The position numbers were made by a program, and so were the translations under genes. From IMG/VR virus record IMGVR_UViG_3300016643_000099, positions 1 to 34,097 of that record: DNA of 34,097 nucleotides, one strand, 5' to 3'. The notes beneath the pieces were generated by a model. That model did no database searches and had not been told where the DNA came from. It saw only the letters and a list, made by a program, of their open reading frames with translations. Below, one piece after another: positions 16,999-27,114 of the stretch (position 1 is the stretch's first letter; each line of letters begins with the position of its first letter). Source of the DNA: a virus (taxonomy: Duplodnaviria; Caudoviricetes).

Positions 16999-17135
16999 CC
17001 AAACCCGACTACGGGTGGCTTGGGGTGGCGTATGTGCTGATAGCGAAGCGCGACCCGCTAAAGATGGATGCGGTGTTTGCGATGCCAGCGCGGCAGTTTA
17101 TGAATTACGTTCGATTAGCGAAAGACCTGCAATAG
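16435..17135 (+). CDS. -1 frameshift product (gpGT-like, ~233 aa)
   Basis: T TTT TTT at 16908-16914. The -1 frame reads FASFRTFVEDYADLF..DYGWLGVAYVLIAKRDPLKMDAVFAMPARQFMNYVRLAKDLQ* to 17135. Confidence 0.7.
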
Positions 17136-17161
17136 CACACATTTGCGGGCAGTGGTATTTA
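17133..17161 (+). promoter_or_regulatory. Putative phage late promoter
   Basis: TAGCA-N14-GTGGTATTTA. Confidence 0.65.
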
Positions 17162-17167
17162 TAGCTG

Positions 17168-17764
17168 ATGAAATTTGATGTAAGCCTAACCAGCCAGCTT
17201 TCACGCATTGGCACGGACGTTACCGAATCCGTACGCCTGACCGAAAGCAAAGACATAAAGAGCGCAGTACTACTGTGGCTACGCGATGCGATTGCTGCGA
17301 TGAATGAAGCTGTGGATAAGTACAAAGCCACGGCCACGCTAAACCTACGCCAATCGTTTCGTTCATCCGAATTCCGCTTGGATGGGCAGACGCTGAAGAT
17401 TGACTTGGAGGGTGCGGAGTATTGGGCATACGTGAACTACGGCGTTGATGGGGTGGAAAACAAGCGCGGTCTTCCGTTTAGTTTCCGCAGGATACGACCA
17501 AGCAAACGCCACGTTGACGCCATCGTGAAGTGGATAAAGGACAAACCGATTACCGTGGATGACTTTGATGACACGGATGCCGAGGAGAGCCTGAAAAGAG
17601 CGGCGTATGGATATGCAAGTAAAACAAAAAGAGAAGGCATCAAGCCGCGACCATTCTACACGGACACGATGACCGACAAGCGGGTGAACGAATTGACGGT
17701 GACCATCGCCGACATCACAGGCAAGCAAATAAGTTTGAAATTGCTATCAACTTTTGAGAAATGA
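17168..17764 (+). CDS. Neck/tail-completion protein (HK97 gp10-like)
   Basis: AT.NLRQS..EYWAYVNYGV..GIKPRPFY. Confidence 0.6.
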   Translation: MKFDVSLTSQLSRIGTDVTESVRLTESKDIKSAVLLWLRDAIAAMNEAVDKYKATATLNLRQSFRSSEFRLDGQTLKIDLEGAEYWAYVNYGVDGVENKRGLPFSFRRIRPSKRHVDAIVKWIKDKPITVDDFDDTDAEESLKRAAYGYASKTKREGIKPRPFYTDTMTDKRVNELTVTIADITGKQISLKLLSTFEK

Positions 17765-18954
17765 GCATAACCATTGTATCTTCCCTTCCCGCCTTACTTC
17801 CTGTCGGCAATTCTGACGTGGTGGTGGTAAGCAGTGACCTAACCGCATCCGCCAACTTCCGCTACATCTGCGATGTGTCAGGAAGCACGGCATCCGCACG
17901 GCTAAAGTGCGATAAATTGCCTAATACCAGCTACGGATTCTTTGGGGTGAGCAAAGTCGTGGAAACGCTGATATTGCCCGCAGTTCCGCAGACAACAAGC
18001 GGATGGCAGGCAGGCGGCTATGCGGTGAAGGCGAACCTGACCTTCCGCGAGGAGTACGGCTCACCGCCAACGGTGGCGACAGGAACAACAACAGGTTCAG
18101 TCATCGCGTGGCAGGCGGCGTTTAGGCAACAGGACTACAACACAGCCATCGCCGCGCCAACGACATACTACGCGGCAACGGTGAGCGGTGACGCGGTGGC
18201 TTTGAAGGTGGTGAGCAACAGGCCAACATCGCAGACGCTGACCAGTGGAAGCAACGACTTCCTGTCGATGGTGGTAGATTCAGCAGTGACAGGTGTGGCA
18301 CTTCGCGTTAGTTACGATAGCGGTGCAACGCGGTCGGCTTTCTTGGTGACAGGAACAGTAAGCGGACTTGCGCCTTTGATTAACGCTGGCCCGCGTGGAT
18401 TGTACAACTTAACATCAGCGCAGTGCAGTGATGGCAGTGCAGGCTCGGTCAACTTCCCAACGCAGGGCGGCACAATTAGCGTGCGAATGTTGGCCAACAC
18501 AACAGGCGGTATCACTTCTACATTCAGTCGCACACAGTTATACACCTACACCATCGACAACTGCGAGAGATACGACCAACTGCGGGTCTTCTTCCGCAAT
18601 ATGTACGGCGGGGTGGATGGCTACACGTTTACAAAAAAGAACCGACAATCGGTAAATGTAAACCGTGAAACCTATGGCTACAACAACAGCGTGTACGGCG
18701 ATGACCAGTTCGACAAGCAATGGAGCGTCACCTATCGCGACACGTACAACCTGCAAAGCGATTGGCTATCGGATGCGGAGTTTAGTTGGTTGCAGGAGAT
18801 GGTGTATAGTCCCGAGTGCTGGATTGAGTTGTCAGGCGCGTTGGTTCCTGTTGTGGTGCAGACAAACACCTTCAACGTGATGAAGCGCATCAATGACCGC
18901 TTGCAGGCCATCACCGTTGACGTGCAGGTGGGCTACGAAAATACCGCGCTATGA
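17761..18954 (+). CDS. Tail structural protein (distal-tail-like)
   Basis: Beta/Thr-Ser-rich, with F.N.YGG.D.YTF..SDWL..E..WL.E..SP. Position supports the call. Confidence 0.55.
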   Translation: MSITIVSSLPALLPVGNSDVVVVSSDLTASANFRYICDVSGSTASARLKCDKLPNTSYGFFGVSKVVETLILPAVPQTTSGWQAGGYAVKANLTFREEYGSPPTVATGTTTGSVIAWQAAFRQQDYNTAIAAPTTYYAATVSGDAVALKVVSNRPTSQTLTSGSNDFLSMVVDSAVTGVALRVSYDSGATRSAFLVTGTVSGLAPLINAGPRGLYNLTSAQCSDGSAGSVNFPTQGGTISVRMLANTTGGITSTFSRTQLYTYTIDNCERYDQLRVFFRNMYGGVDGYTFTKKNRQSVNVNRETYGYNNSVYGDDQFDKQWSVTYRDTYNLQSDWLSDAEFSWLQEMVYSPECWIELSGALVPVVVQTNTFNVMKRINDRLQAITVDVQVGYENTAL

Positions 18955-21209
18955 TGACCAAATTCGTTTGTTACCCTGACGCTGACAACCCAACGGTAGG
19001 TTATGACCTCGACTTGTCGCAGGACACCGACATCGCCATCACGTTCAGCGTTCAGGACTTGGCCGACATCACCAAGCGGCGCGGAGCGTTCAGCAAGACA
19101 ATCGCCTTGCCATCGAGCAAAGCCAATGACATCGCCTTCCGCTACGCCTACAACGTGCAATCTTTCGTGGGTGGGTTCACGCCAAACAAGCAGGTCAAGT
19201 GCGCTTTGTGGAATGATGGGGTGCAGGTGTTTCGTGGCACAATGCAGATGCTGTCGATGTCGGTAACGCGAGGGGTGGCAACTTACGAGGTTGGCATCTA
19301 CGGCGAGGAAGTGAGCCTATTCAAGGCGATGGAAGGGGTGAAGCTGGTTGACACGGTGGGGGTGACTGGGATGAACCACACGTTCACCGAATCGCTGGTG
19401 ACAGGCAGTTGGGATGATACGTTCAGCGATGCAAGTGGGTTTGTGTATGGCATCACTGATGCGATTGGATTGGGTCACGTATTAGGCAGTCAAACGCCTG
19501 TTGGCCCGTTTGCCGCGTTGTTTACTGCGCTCAATTACGCCTTTGACAGGCTGATACCAATCGAAGTCCAGCGACCGAACATTTGGGTCAAGAAGATGAT
19601 TGACCTAATTTTCGCACAACACGGCTACCGCTACCAATCTACCTTCTTTAACAGCACGGAATTTGAGCGGCTTGTGCTTCCTTACGCGGGCGAGGCTTTT
19701 CCGTATGTCAGCGGCGAGAATAAATGCTTTGTGGGCGCATCGGGATATGTTTCGGATGCCGCATGGACTTATAACGTTATTTTCAACGACACCACATCGC
19801 CATTCTACAATTCCGATAATGGCAAGATGGACACAGGTACAGGTGTGTTTACTGCCGCAAGTGGTTATGCGGGTTTGTATAACTTGAACGTTGAGTTGAA
19901 TTTAGCAGGTGCGACTGATGCGAGTGAGTTCACGATTGAAGTTAAGGACAGCAGTGGCACTTTGCTCAAAGACACGCAGGGCAATAGCATCAGTGAGGTT
20001 GTAGGGATAGGCAGTAACATTCTATTTCACAGCATAAACAGGCAGGTATTTTTGGCGCAAAATGGCACGCTGAAAGTTGTGGTCACTGCCAACGAAGGCG
20101 CGATGGAATTGCAAGCGGGTACTTTTCAGCTAAACCTGACGCAACGTTTTTCGATGTTGAATCAGTATATCGATATGCGCACGGCATTGCCCGCCGACAC
20201 CTTGCAGATTGACCTGCTTGCAGATTTGCAGAAGATGTTCAACCTGTACTTCTACCAATCGCCGCTTGACCCAACGCTTATCTACATCGAGCCGTTTAAT
20301 GAGTTCTACACCAGCGGCGTGGTGGATTGGTCGCAGAAATCTGACGAAGCACAGGAGATGCAGATAACGATGGGCGACCCTGAACTTCGCAAGCAGTTTA
20401 CATTCGCATACCGAAATGGCGGTGAGGCGTTAGCCAAAAGCTATCAAGCGACTTGGCAGGAAGGCTACGGATGCAGGATTTTTGACACGGACAACTTCTA
20501 CGGCGTTGGCGAACAGCGAATTGAAACCAAGTGCGCAACAGTCATCCCTGCGCAGTATCGCACCAACATCGTGCTTGGTCGCACCTTTGACGTGCAGGAT
20601 GATGGCACTTTGAAAACGATGAAGACAGGTTATCGAATAGCGCAGTACAACTACGTTCAGATGACACCTGCGCCGAGTGGGTCAACCGAAACTTGGTACT
20701 GGGTAGCTAACTTCGGCACTAACATAAGCGGCTGGGTTAGCGGCAACACGCTTCCGTATATTGGTCACGTTGATAATCCATATGACCCACAACAGGACTT
20801 GGCATTTGGAATGCCAAAGCAGATTTATTTCGCGCTTCCCGATGGTCAGGGCGGCTACACGCCGTACACGAACAACAACCTGTTCAATGGTTATTGGAAG
20901 ACCTACATCGAGGAGATTGCAAGCAAGGAAGCGATGACGGTGCAGGCCACCTTCTTGTTAACCGTTACCGACATCGCATCGCTTGACTTCCGCAAGCCTG
21001 TCTACTGGCACGGCGTGAAGTGGAGGTTATTGGAAATTAGCGACTATCGGGTCGGGCGCAATGTGATGTGCAGAGTGACACTTAGGCGCATCCTGAACCT
21101 TTCGGAATTTAGCCCGCAGACGGTCACACCAAATTTAAGCTATAACCTTGAATCTGGAGTGGATGGCGAGGTCACGCCAACATTCATTTCACCTGTAAAA
21201 GTCAAATAA
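18951..21209 (+). CDS. Tail tip/hub protein
   Basis: N-terminal DI.ITFSVQDLADI.KR.GAFSKTI.LP, LQKMFNLY and a C-terminal hub-like end. Adjacent to the tape measure gene. Confidence 0.65.
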   Translation: MMTKFVCYPDADNPTVGYDLDLSQDTDIAITFSVQDLADITKRRGAFSKTIALPSSKANDIAFRYAYNVQSFVGGFTPNKQVKCALWNDGVQVFRGTMQMLSMSVTRGVATYEVGIYGEEVSLFKAMEGVKLVDTVGVTGMNHTFTESLVTGSWDDTFSDASGFVYGITDAIGLGHVLGSQTPVGPFAALFTALNYAFDRLIPIEVQRPNIWVKKMIDLIFAQHGYRYQSTFFNSTEFERLVLPYAGEAFPYVSGENKCFVGASGYVSDAAWTYNVIFNDTTSPFYNSDNGKMDTGTGVFTAASGYAGLYNLNVELNLAGATDASEFTIEVKDSSGTLLKDTQGNSISEVVGIGSNILFHSINRQVFLAQNGTLKVVVTANEGAMELQAGTFQLNLTQRFSMLNQYIDMRTALPADTLQIDLLADLQKMFNLYFYQSPLDPTLIYIEPFNEFYTSGVVDWSQKSDEAQEMQITMGDPELRKQFTFAYRNGGEALAKSYQATWQEGYGCRIFDTDNFYGVGEQRIETKCATVIPAQYRTNIVLGRTFDVQDDGTLKTMKTGYRIAQYNYVQMTPAPSGSTETWYWVANFGTNISGWVSGNTLPYIGHVDNPYDPQQDLAFGMPKQIYFALPDGQGGYTPYTNNNLFNGYWKTYIEEIASKEAMTVQATFLLTVTDIASLDFRKPVYWHGVKWRLLEISDYRVGRNVMCRVTLRRILNLSEFSPQTVTPNLSYNLESGVDGEVTPTFISPVKVK

Positions 21210-23140
21210 TGGCAGACATCAAAAACACCGTAGTCGTTGGTCTGAAACTTGAAGACGAAACGCAGAAAGGCACGCAATCGGCGAGGTCGCAACTTAAATC
21301 GTTGCGCGATGAGATGTTGCAATTGGAGCAGTCGGGACAAAAGAATACCCAACGCTTCCGTGAGTTGCAAGCGCAGGCGGGAGGACTTGCAGACCAGATT
21401 GGCGACACCCAAGCGCAAATCAAGGCGATGGCTTCCGACACGCGAACGCTGGACACCTTGCTTGGCGTGGGTCAGGGCTTGGCAGGTGCATTCGCAGTGG
21501 CGCAGGGTGCGGCGGCTTTGTTTGGTGAGGAGAACGAGGATTTGCAGAAGGCGATGATGAAAGTACAGGCGGCATTGGCAATCTTGAACGGCGTACAGGC
21601 GGTTGCTAACGTGCTGAACAAGGATAGCGCGGTAATGGTGAATCTTCACGCAACGGCGCAGAAAATATTTAGCAGTACGTTGGTCACATCCATTGCCAAA
21701 ATGAATGCGTTTAAGCTATCATTAGCAACGACAGGTGTGGGGGTGTTGATTGTGGCTATTGGGTTGCTGGCTGAGTATTTTAGCAATTTGAGCGATGAAG
21801 TTGAGGAGGCGAAAAAGAAACAAGATGACTACAATGAATCGCTGAAAAGACAAAAGGAACTTGTTGACCAAGCCAATACAAATGCACAGATACGCAACGA
21901 TTTGCTAGCGGCACAAGGTAAAGCGGTGGATGCGGCAAGGTCGCAGATGACATTGGCTGAGCAAGAAATTAGGCAGGAGCAAGAATTTACAAACGAAAAA
22001 TTAAGGCAACGTAAAAGGTTAATTGATGCAGGCTATGCTGAAACTGACCAATACATCCAATTGATTGACAAGCACGTTGGGGAATCAGAAGGCAGAAGGC
22101 TAAAAGCTCAAATTACACTTTTAGAATCGCAGAAGACCATTGACGATGCCGCAAAGGCAAGCGCAGATGCAGCGCAAAAAAGAGAAGAAGAAAGGCAAGC
22201 AAAAGCCAAAAAAACCGCCGAGGAACGCGCCGCGAAAGAGCAGGAAGTCAACAATATCATAGCCGCCTCACGACAGGCGTTGCTGATGGCTACGCTGTCG
22301 GATAACGAAAAAGAACTGGAATCCATTGACCAATCTTTTGAGGAGCGACTGGCAAAGGTCAAGGGCAATGAAGAAGCGACAAATTTGGTGCTTGAAGAAT
22401 TGCGGGTGGCGCGACAGGCTAAACTGGATGAGCAGGCGGCGGTGGCAAAGCAAAAAGAGGATGAACGGTTAGCCGCTGAACTGGAACAACAGAAGGCGGA
22501 AATTGACTATAAGATTGCGCTGGAAGATGAATATTATGCGCAACAACAAGCGATGCGGGAGAAGGCAAAAGCCGATGAACAAGCATTGCAACAAGCGCGG
22601 GTACAATTTTACAACGACGCATCGCAAAGCATCGTTACCATATTACAGGCGTTTGGCAACAAGTCGAAGGGATTTATGTTGGCGGCATTGGCTTTGGAAA
22701 AAGGCGTGGCTATTGCAAACGTCATCATCAATCTGCAGAAAGAAATAGCTGGTATTTCTGCCAATGCGGCGGCAAATCCAGCCAACGCGTTGACCGCGGG
22801 TGCGGCAGGTGCGGCGCAGGCGGCCACGCTCATAACGATGGCCAAAGTCAAAGCAGCGTTGAGTATTGCAGCAATTGCGGCAACAGGATTGAATCAGGCT
22901 AAAAGCATTTCAGGTGCAGGCGGTGGAGGTGGAGGCGGAGGTAGTGTTAGCGCAGGCGGCGGCAATATGGGCGGGCAGGCATTGCCACCACCAACAGCAA
23001 CCAACCCGAATGCGCAACTGCTGAACCCACCTGCTAACGGCCAAGGCTCAGGAATGCGTGCTTATGTGGTTGAGAGCGACATCCGAAGTGTAAGCGGCAG
23101 GCTTCGGCGGATGAGTGAATTTGCAACGTTGGGGGCGTAA
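21209..23140 (+). CDS. Tape measure protein
   Basis: 643-aa Ala/Gln/Glu-rich coiled coil with hydrophobic Ala/Gly segments and C-terminal RAYVVESDI. Confidence 0.8.
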   Translation: MADIKNTVVVGLKLEDETQKGTQSARSQLKSLRDEMLQLEQSGQKNTQRFRELQAQAGGLADQIGDTQAQIKAMASDTRTLDTLLGVGQGLAGAFAVAQGAAALFGEENEDLQKAMMKVQAALAILNGVQAVANVLNKDSAVMVNLHATAQKIFSSTLVTSIAKMNAFKLSLATTGVGVLIVAIGLLAEYFSNLSDEVEEAKKKQDDYNESLKRQKELVDQANTNAQIRNDLLAAQGKAVDAARSQMTLAEQEIRQEQEFTNEKLRQRKRLIDAGYAETDQYIQLIDKHVGESEGRRLKAQITLLESQKTIDDAAKASADAAQKREEERQAKAKKTAEERAAKEQEVNNIIAASRQALLMATLSDNEKELESIDQSFEERLAKVKGNEEATNLVLEELRVARQAKLDEQAAVAKQKEDERLAAELEQQKAEIDYKIALEDEYYAQQQAMREKAKADEQALQQARVQFYNDASQSIVTILQAFGNKSKGFMLAALALEKGVAIANVIINLQKEIAGISANAAANPANALTAGAAGAAQAATLITMAKVKAALSIAAIAATGLNQAKSISGAGGGGGGGGSVSAGGGNMGGQALPPPTATNPNAQLLNPPANGQGSGMRAYVVESDIRSVSGRLRRMSEFATLGA

Positions 23141-23149
23141 TGGTATTTG
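23121..23149 (+). promoter_or_regulatory. Putative phage late promoter
   Basis: TTGCA-N14-ATGGTATTTG. Confidence 0.6.
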
Positions 23150-23154
23150 CAAGT

Positions 23155-23742
23155 ATGGAACAGCTCCCTGTTTACCTGATGACGATTGACGAAGATGGCG
23201 AGGGTGTCAGCTACGTCAGCCTCGTGGAATCACCCGCAATCGAGCGGCCATTTATCGCATTAAGCACTCAACAGCGGTTTGCCGAAGATGCGGCACTTCG
23301 CATCCTGACAGGCCCGCTTATGCTGGCAGACACGCCAATTCTACGAAGCGATGACCAGCGGGGCAAGTATTACGTGATTTTTGACAAGGATACCATCCGC
23401 AAGATGGTGCAGAAGTATTTCAAGCAGCAGAACCAAGCGAAGGTGAATGCGGAACATAGCAAGCCGCTGGATGGCGTGTATATGTTTGAAAGCTACCTGA
23501 TTGACCGCGAGCGCGGGGTGAATCCACCGAAGGGATTTGAAGATGCACCTGACGGCAGTTGGTTCGGTTCGTTCAAAGTTGAGAATGACAAGGTGTGGGC
23601 AGAACGCGACCAGTTCACAGGTTTCAGCATTGAAGGCTATTTCGGGATGCAACCAACAGAGGCGAGCGTGGAAGCGGCGATGGCGAACCTTGAAGAGGCG
23701 TTCAATCTTTTTTTGCATACTATCAAACAGCGTGGTATTTAA
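23155..23742 (+). CDS. Prohead serine protease (XkdF-like)
   Basis: SLVESPAI, LTGPLMLAD, NAEH, GSWF.SFKV and GFSIEG. Confidence 0.8.
   Translation: MEQLPVYLMTIDEDGEGVSYVSLVESPAIERPFIALSTQQRFAEDAALRILTGPLMLADTPILRSDDQRGKYYVIFDKDTIRKMVQKYFKQQNQAKVNAEHSKPLDGVYMFESYLIDRERGVNPPKGFEDAPDGSWFGSFKVENDKVWAERDQFTGFSIEGYFGMQPTEASVEAAMANLEEAFNLFLHTIKQRGI
23713..23741 (+). promoter_or_regulatory. Putative phage late promoter
   Basis: TTGCA-N14-GTGGTATTTA. Confidence 0.72.
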
Positions 23743-23757
23743 CTACAAAAGCGACAA

Positions 23758-24345
23758 ATGAGCATAGCAAATCGTTTGACTGAATTGGCTGACGCATTGC
23801 GGAAGTTTACCGCAACGCCAACGCCGCAGAATTTTGCAGATTACAAACTGGAAGACGGCACGATGGTGCGCGTTGATGGTGACTTGGTTGCAGGTACGCC
23901 TGTGTTCGTTGTAACGGAAGAAGGGATGTTGCCCGCACCTGATGGACAGCACACTGTACCCGAAGTTGGCGTGATTACCACCGAAGGCGGCAAGATTGTA
24001 GAAGTGGGTGACCTGCCAGCAGGTGAGCCAGTCGTTGAGGAGGAAGTAGCGGCACAGGAAGTGGAGATTGAAGTCGCACCCGAAGGCGAGGCCGCCGAAG
24101 CCGAAATAGACGCGAGAATTAGCGCACTTGAAGCCAAGCTGGATGAGATTATGGCGAAGTTGGCAGGGGCGATGGAGGCAAACAAAGCGCGGTTTGACCA
24201 GTTGGATATTGAGGTTCAGAAGATGAGCAAGGTGCCAACGGCAGAGCCACGCAAGCGCACCAGCGATGCGATTGTTGAGAACATCAAGTTGTCGCGCAAC
24301 ACGAATTTTGAAGCATTAACACAAAACCTAAAAAACCTAAAATAA
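23758..24345 (+). CDS. Capsid scaffold-like protein
   Basis: KLEDGT..PAPDGQH followed by an acidic coiled coil. Lies between the protease and capsid genes. Confidence 0.6.
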   Translation: MSIANRLTELADALRKFTATPTPQNFADYKLEDGTMVRVDGDLVAGTPVFVVTEEGMLPAPDGQHTVPEVGVITTEGGKIVEVGDLPAGEPVVEEEVAAQEVEIEVAPEGEAAEAEIDARISALEAKLDEIMAKLAGAMEANKARFDQLDIEVQKMSKVPTAEPRKRTSDAIVENIKLSRNTNFEALTQNLKNLK

Positions 24346-24351
24346 AAAACT

Positions 24352-25338
24352 ATGAGCTTTTCACTTGGAGGATTAACATCCTACGTTGAGCAACAGCGAT
24401 TGCCGTTGCTGACCAAAGCCGTCTTCGATGCGAAGACGCAGTCATTAATGCAGAAGCGTGTTGGCGTTAAGTATGAGGAAGCCCTCAACTTGATGGACAC
24501 CGATGCAGTATTCCAAGCCGCATCCACCTGTGCGTGGAATGCGTCAGGAACAACCACGTTCAGCCAGCGTAACATCAGCGTTGCGCGGGTGAAGGTGCAG
24601 GAGGAGTTGTGTCCTCGCTCGTTGGAACAATACTGGATGCAAACCCAGTTGACGCAAGGTAGCAACTACGAAGGCGTACCTTTCGAGCAGGCTTTCGCAG
24701 AGAAGAAAGCGAAGCAGATTGCCAAGAACATTGAGAACGCCATTTGGCAGTCAACCACTGCAACTGGTGCCTCAGGGTGGACAGGTTCATCTGCATCATT
24801 GAGCGGTGACGCGAATTTGAACAAGACCGTTGGTTTGCTTCACCTGATGGAAAAGACAGCCGCATCTGGTTCAATCGTGTCGAGCCTTGCAACTTCGACT
24901 ATCAATGACAGTACCGTCGTGGGCGCGTTTGAGACCGTTTACCAAAACATCCCTGTTGAAATCATCAGCAAGGACGACATCTACGCTTTTTGCGGATGGG
25001 ATACCTACCGCATCCTTGCCAACAAACTTGTAGGTTTGAACCTGTATCAGGGTGACCTTGGGCAGTTGGGCGCAGGCGAGATGTTCTTCCCATCGACCAA
25101 TATGCGTGTATGCGCGGTGAATGGCTTGAACAGCACCCGCCGAATCGTAGCGACTTCGTTGAGCAACCTGTTTTTCGGTACTGACCTGCTTTCCGATGAG
25201 GACACTTTCCGCATCTGGGCGAGTTACGACAACGACCAAATCCGCTTCCAAGCGGCGTTGAAATACGGGGTGCAGTTTGCTTATCCCGAATTTATGGTGC
25301 TGTACAGAGCGAGCAACTCAACGCAACCTGCTGGCTGA
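24352..25338 (+). CDS. Major capsid protein
   Basis: 328 aa after the protease and scaffold, strong A-rich start, IENAIWQ and NLFFGTDL, followed by a terminator. Confidence 0.8.
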   Translation: MSFSLGGLTSYVEQQRLPLLTKAVFDAKTQSLMQKRVGVKYEEALNLMDTDAVFQAASTCAWNASGTTTFSQRNISVARVKVQEELCPRSLEQYWMQTQLTQGSNYEGVPFEQAFAEKKAKQIAKNIENAIWQSTTATGASGWTGSSASLSGDANLNKTVGLLHLMEKTAASGSIVSSLATSTINDSTVVGAFETVYQNIPVEIISKDDIYAFCGWDTYRILANKLVGLNLYQGDLGQLGAGEMFFPSTNMRVCAVNGLNSTRRIVATSLSNLFFGTDLLSDEDTFRIWASYDNDQIRFQAALKYGVQFAYPEFMVLYRASNSTQPAG

Positions 25339-25341
25339 TGA

Positions 25342-25369
25342 AAGGGCAGGGAAACCTGCCCTTCTTTTT
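25342..25369 (+). terminator. Intrinsic terminator after the major capsid gene
   Basis: AAGGGCAGG-GAAA-CCTGCCCTT followed by CTTTTT. Confidence 0.85.
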
Positions 25370-25396
25370 CTTCTGACACTATAAACAAGAAAAAAT

Positions 25397-25945
25397 ATGA
25401 GCTGCGCACTTACATCTGGTTATGCATTAGGTTGCCGCAATAACGTTGGCGGCATTAGCGAAATTAGGCTTGCGTCTTACGTTGCATCGGGAGTCATAGC
25501 CACCAACGCCACAGGCACGGTGAGTGGCTTCACTGGCTACGCTTCGGGTAGCAATGCCTTCTACAAATACGAATTGCCGAAGGGTGTGGGTCAGTTCACC
25601 GAAACGACCAACGCCAGTGTTGAAAACGGCACTATCTTCTACCAGCAAGAAATGACGCTGGTCATTAACAGGCTCACGCAGGAGGTGCGCAATCAGTTGC
25701 GCCTTGCTTCCAACGGCAGGTTGCTGGCAATCGTCACCGACCGCAACGGCAAGTATTGGCTGTTGGGTGAAACGAATGGCATTGAGGTGACTGGCGGCAC
25801 GGCGCAGTCAGGAACAGCGATGGGTGACCGTGGTGGCTACGAGCTTACCTTCACTGCGATGGAGGCACAGCCTTGCCGCGAGGTATTATCGACTGCCATT
25901 GCAGGGGTAACCGCAACAGCGCAAATCACAGGCGGCGCGAATTAA
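25397..25945 (+). CDS. Major tail tube protein
   Basis: MSCALTSG...C....GGI, ENGTIFYQQE and G.AMGD..GYELTF.A.E. Confidence 0.65.
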   Translation: MSCALTSGYALGCRNNVGGISEIRLASYVASGVIATNATGTVSGFTGYASGSNAFYKYELPKGVGQFTETTNASVENGTIFYQQEMTLVINRLTQEVRNQLRLASNGRLLAIVTDRNGKYWLLGETNGIEVTGGTAQSGTAMGDRGGYELTFTAMEAQPCREVLSTAIAGVTATAQITGGAN

Positions 25946-25968
25946 TTGTAGTTAAGTTTGGGGTGGTT

Positions 25969-26010
25969 GAAAGCCAGTGCATTAAGGGTTGCACTGGCTT
26001 TCTTATTTTT
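25969..26010 (+). terminator. 13-bp hairpin terminator, possibly a small RNA
   Basis: GAAAGCCAGTGCA-TTAAGGGT-TGCACTGGCTTTC followed by TTATTTTT. Confidence 0.8.
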
Positions 26011-26038
26011 GCACAACGTTAACCCTTAAATCTGCACA

Positions 26039-27109
26039 ATGAGAATCTGCATCGTTTACAACCAACACCCGACTGGGTGCAGTTATTATCGCCTTGAAAT
26101 GCCGAATGCCGCCGTTCACGACCTATGCGGTGGCGTGGTGGACTTCGTCAGCATCGACGACATCAGGAGGATGAATGATGATGAACTGAAAACCATTGAC
26201 TTATTCCTGTACAACCGAACGTGGATAGCAGGCCCGATTGAAGCGGTGGAACAGGTGGCCAACATCCTGCGGCAGTACGGTGCGCGCATTATTTTGGATA
26301 TGGACGATTACTGGCACCTTGGCACAGGGCATAGCTTTTACAGGCACTACCACGAAACCAAGATGCCTGCCATCATTGAGAAGCATATCAGGCTGTCTGA
26401 CCACATCATTTGCACTACCACCTACCTGCGCGATGAGTTGGTAAAATTTAATAAGAAAGTCAGCATTTTCCCGAATACGCCTTACATTCAGTACAAGCAA
26501 TTTCAGGAACAGCCAACGCAAAGCGAGCGGGTGCGGTTTGGTTACTTCGGCGCGGCCCAGCACACAGAGGATGTTGAACTAATGCGGTCACCGTTGCAAC
26601 GCCTGTCGGATGAAACCCAACTGGACGGCAAGTATATGATTTACTTGGCGGGATGGAATGAGAATAACCCGATATATCAAGGATATGAGCAGGTATTCAG
26701 CAATAAAGGCAAGAACAACAACTATTCGCGGATTCAAGCGGCGGATATTTACAGCTATGTGCAGGGGTATAATTGGGTGGACGTGAGCCTTGCGCCACTG
26801 CGCGACACCAAGTTTAACAAGTTGAAGTCGGAGTTGAAGATAACGGAAGCGGCTTGGATGGGTAAGGCGGTCATTGCCAGCGAGGTGCCGATGTATGCGG
26901 ACTGCATTGAGAATGGCGTGGATGGTTGGCTTGTTCCCGAGAAGAAGGAGAAGCTGTGGCACAAGTATATGCGGGCGTTCATCAACGAGCCAGCGATGGC
27001 AAAGGAAATGGGTGAGCGGTTACGTGCGAAGATGCAGGGCAAGTTTGACATCCAGCAAATCAGCGAGGCAAGGTTGAATTTGTACAAAAGCGTGGCGCGT
27101 GGTATTTAG
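26039..27109 (+). CDS. GT-B glycosyltransferase
   Basis: GCSYYRL..P, DMDDYW, LAPL..KFNKLKSELKITEA..GKAVIAS.V.MY and NGVDGWLV. Confidence 0.85.
   Translation: MRICIVYNQHPTGCSYYRLEMPNAAVHDLCGGVVDFVSIDDIRRMNDDELKTIDLFLYNRTWIAGPIEAVEQVANILRQYGARIILDMDDYWHLGTGHSFYRHYHETKMPAIIEKHIRLSDHIICTTTYLRDELVKFNKKVSIFPNTPYIQYKQFQEQPTQSERVRFGYFGAAQHTEDVELMRSPLQRLSDETQLDGKYMIYLAGWNENNPIYQGYEQVFSNKGKNNNYSRIQAADIYSYVQGYNWVDVSLAPLRDTKFNKLKSELKITEAAWMGKAVIASEVPMYADCIENGVDGWLVPEKKEKLWHKYMRAFINEPAMAKEMGERLRAKMQGKFDIQQISEARLNLYKSVARGI
27080..27108 (+). promoter_or_regulatory. Putative phage late promoter
   Basis: TTGTA-N14-GTGGTATTTA. Confidence 0.72.
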
Positions 27110-27114
27110 AAGTA

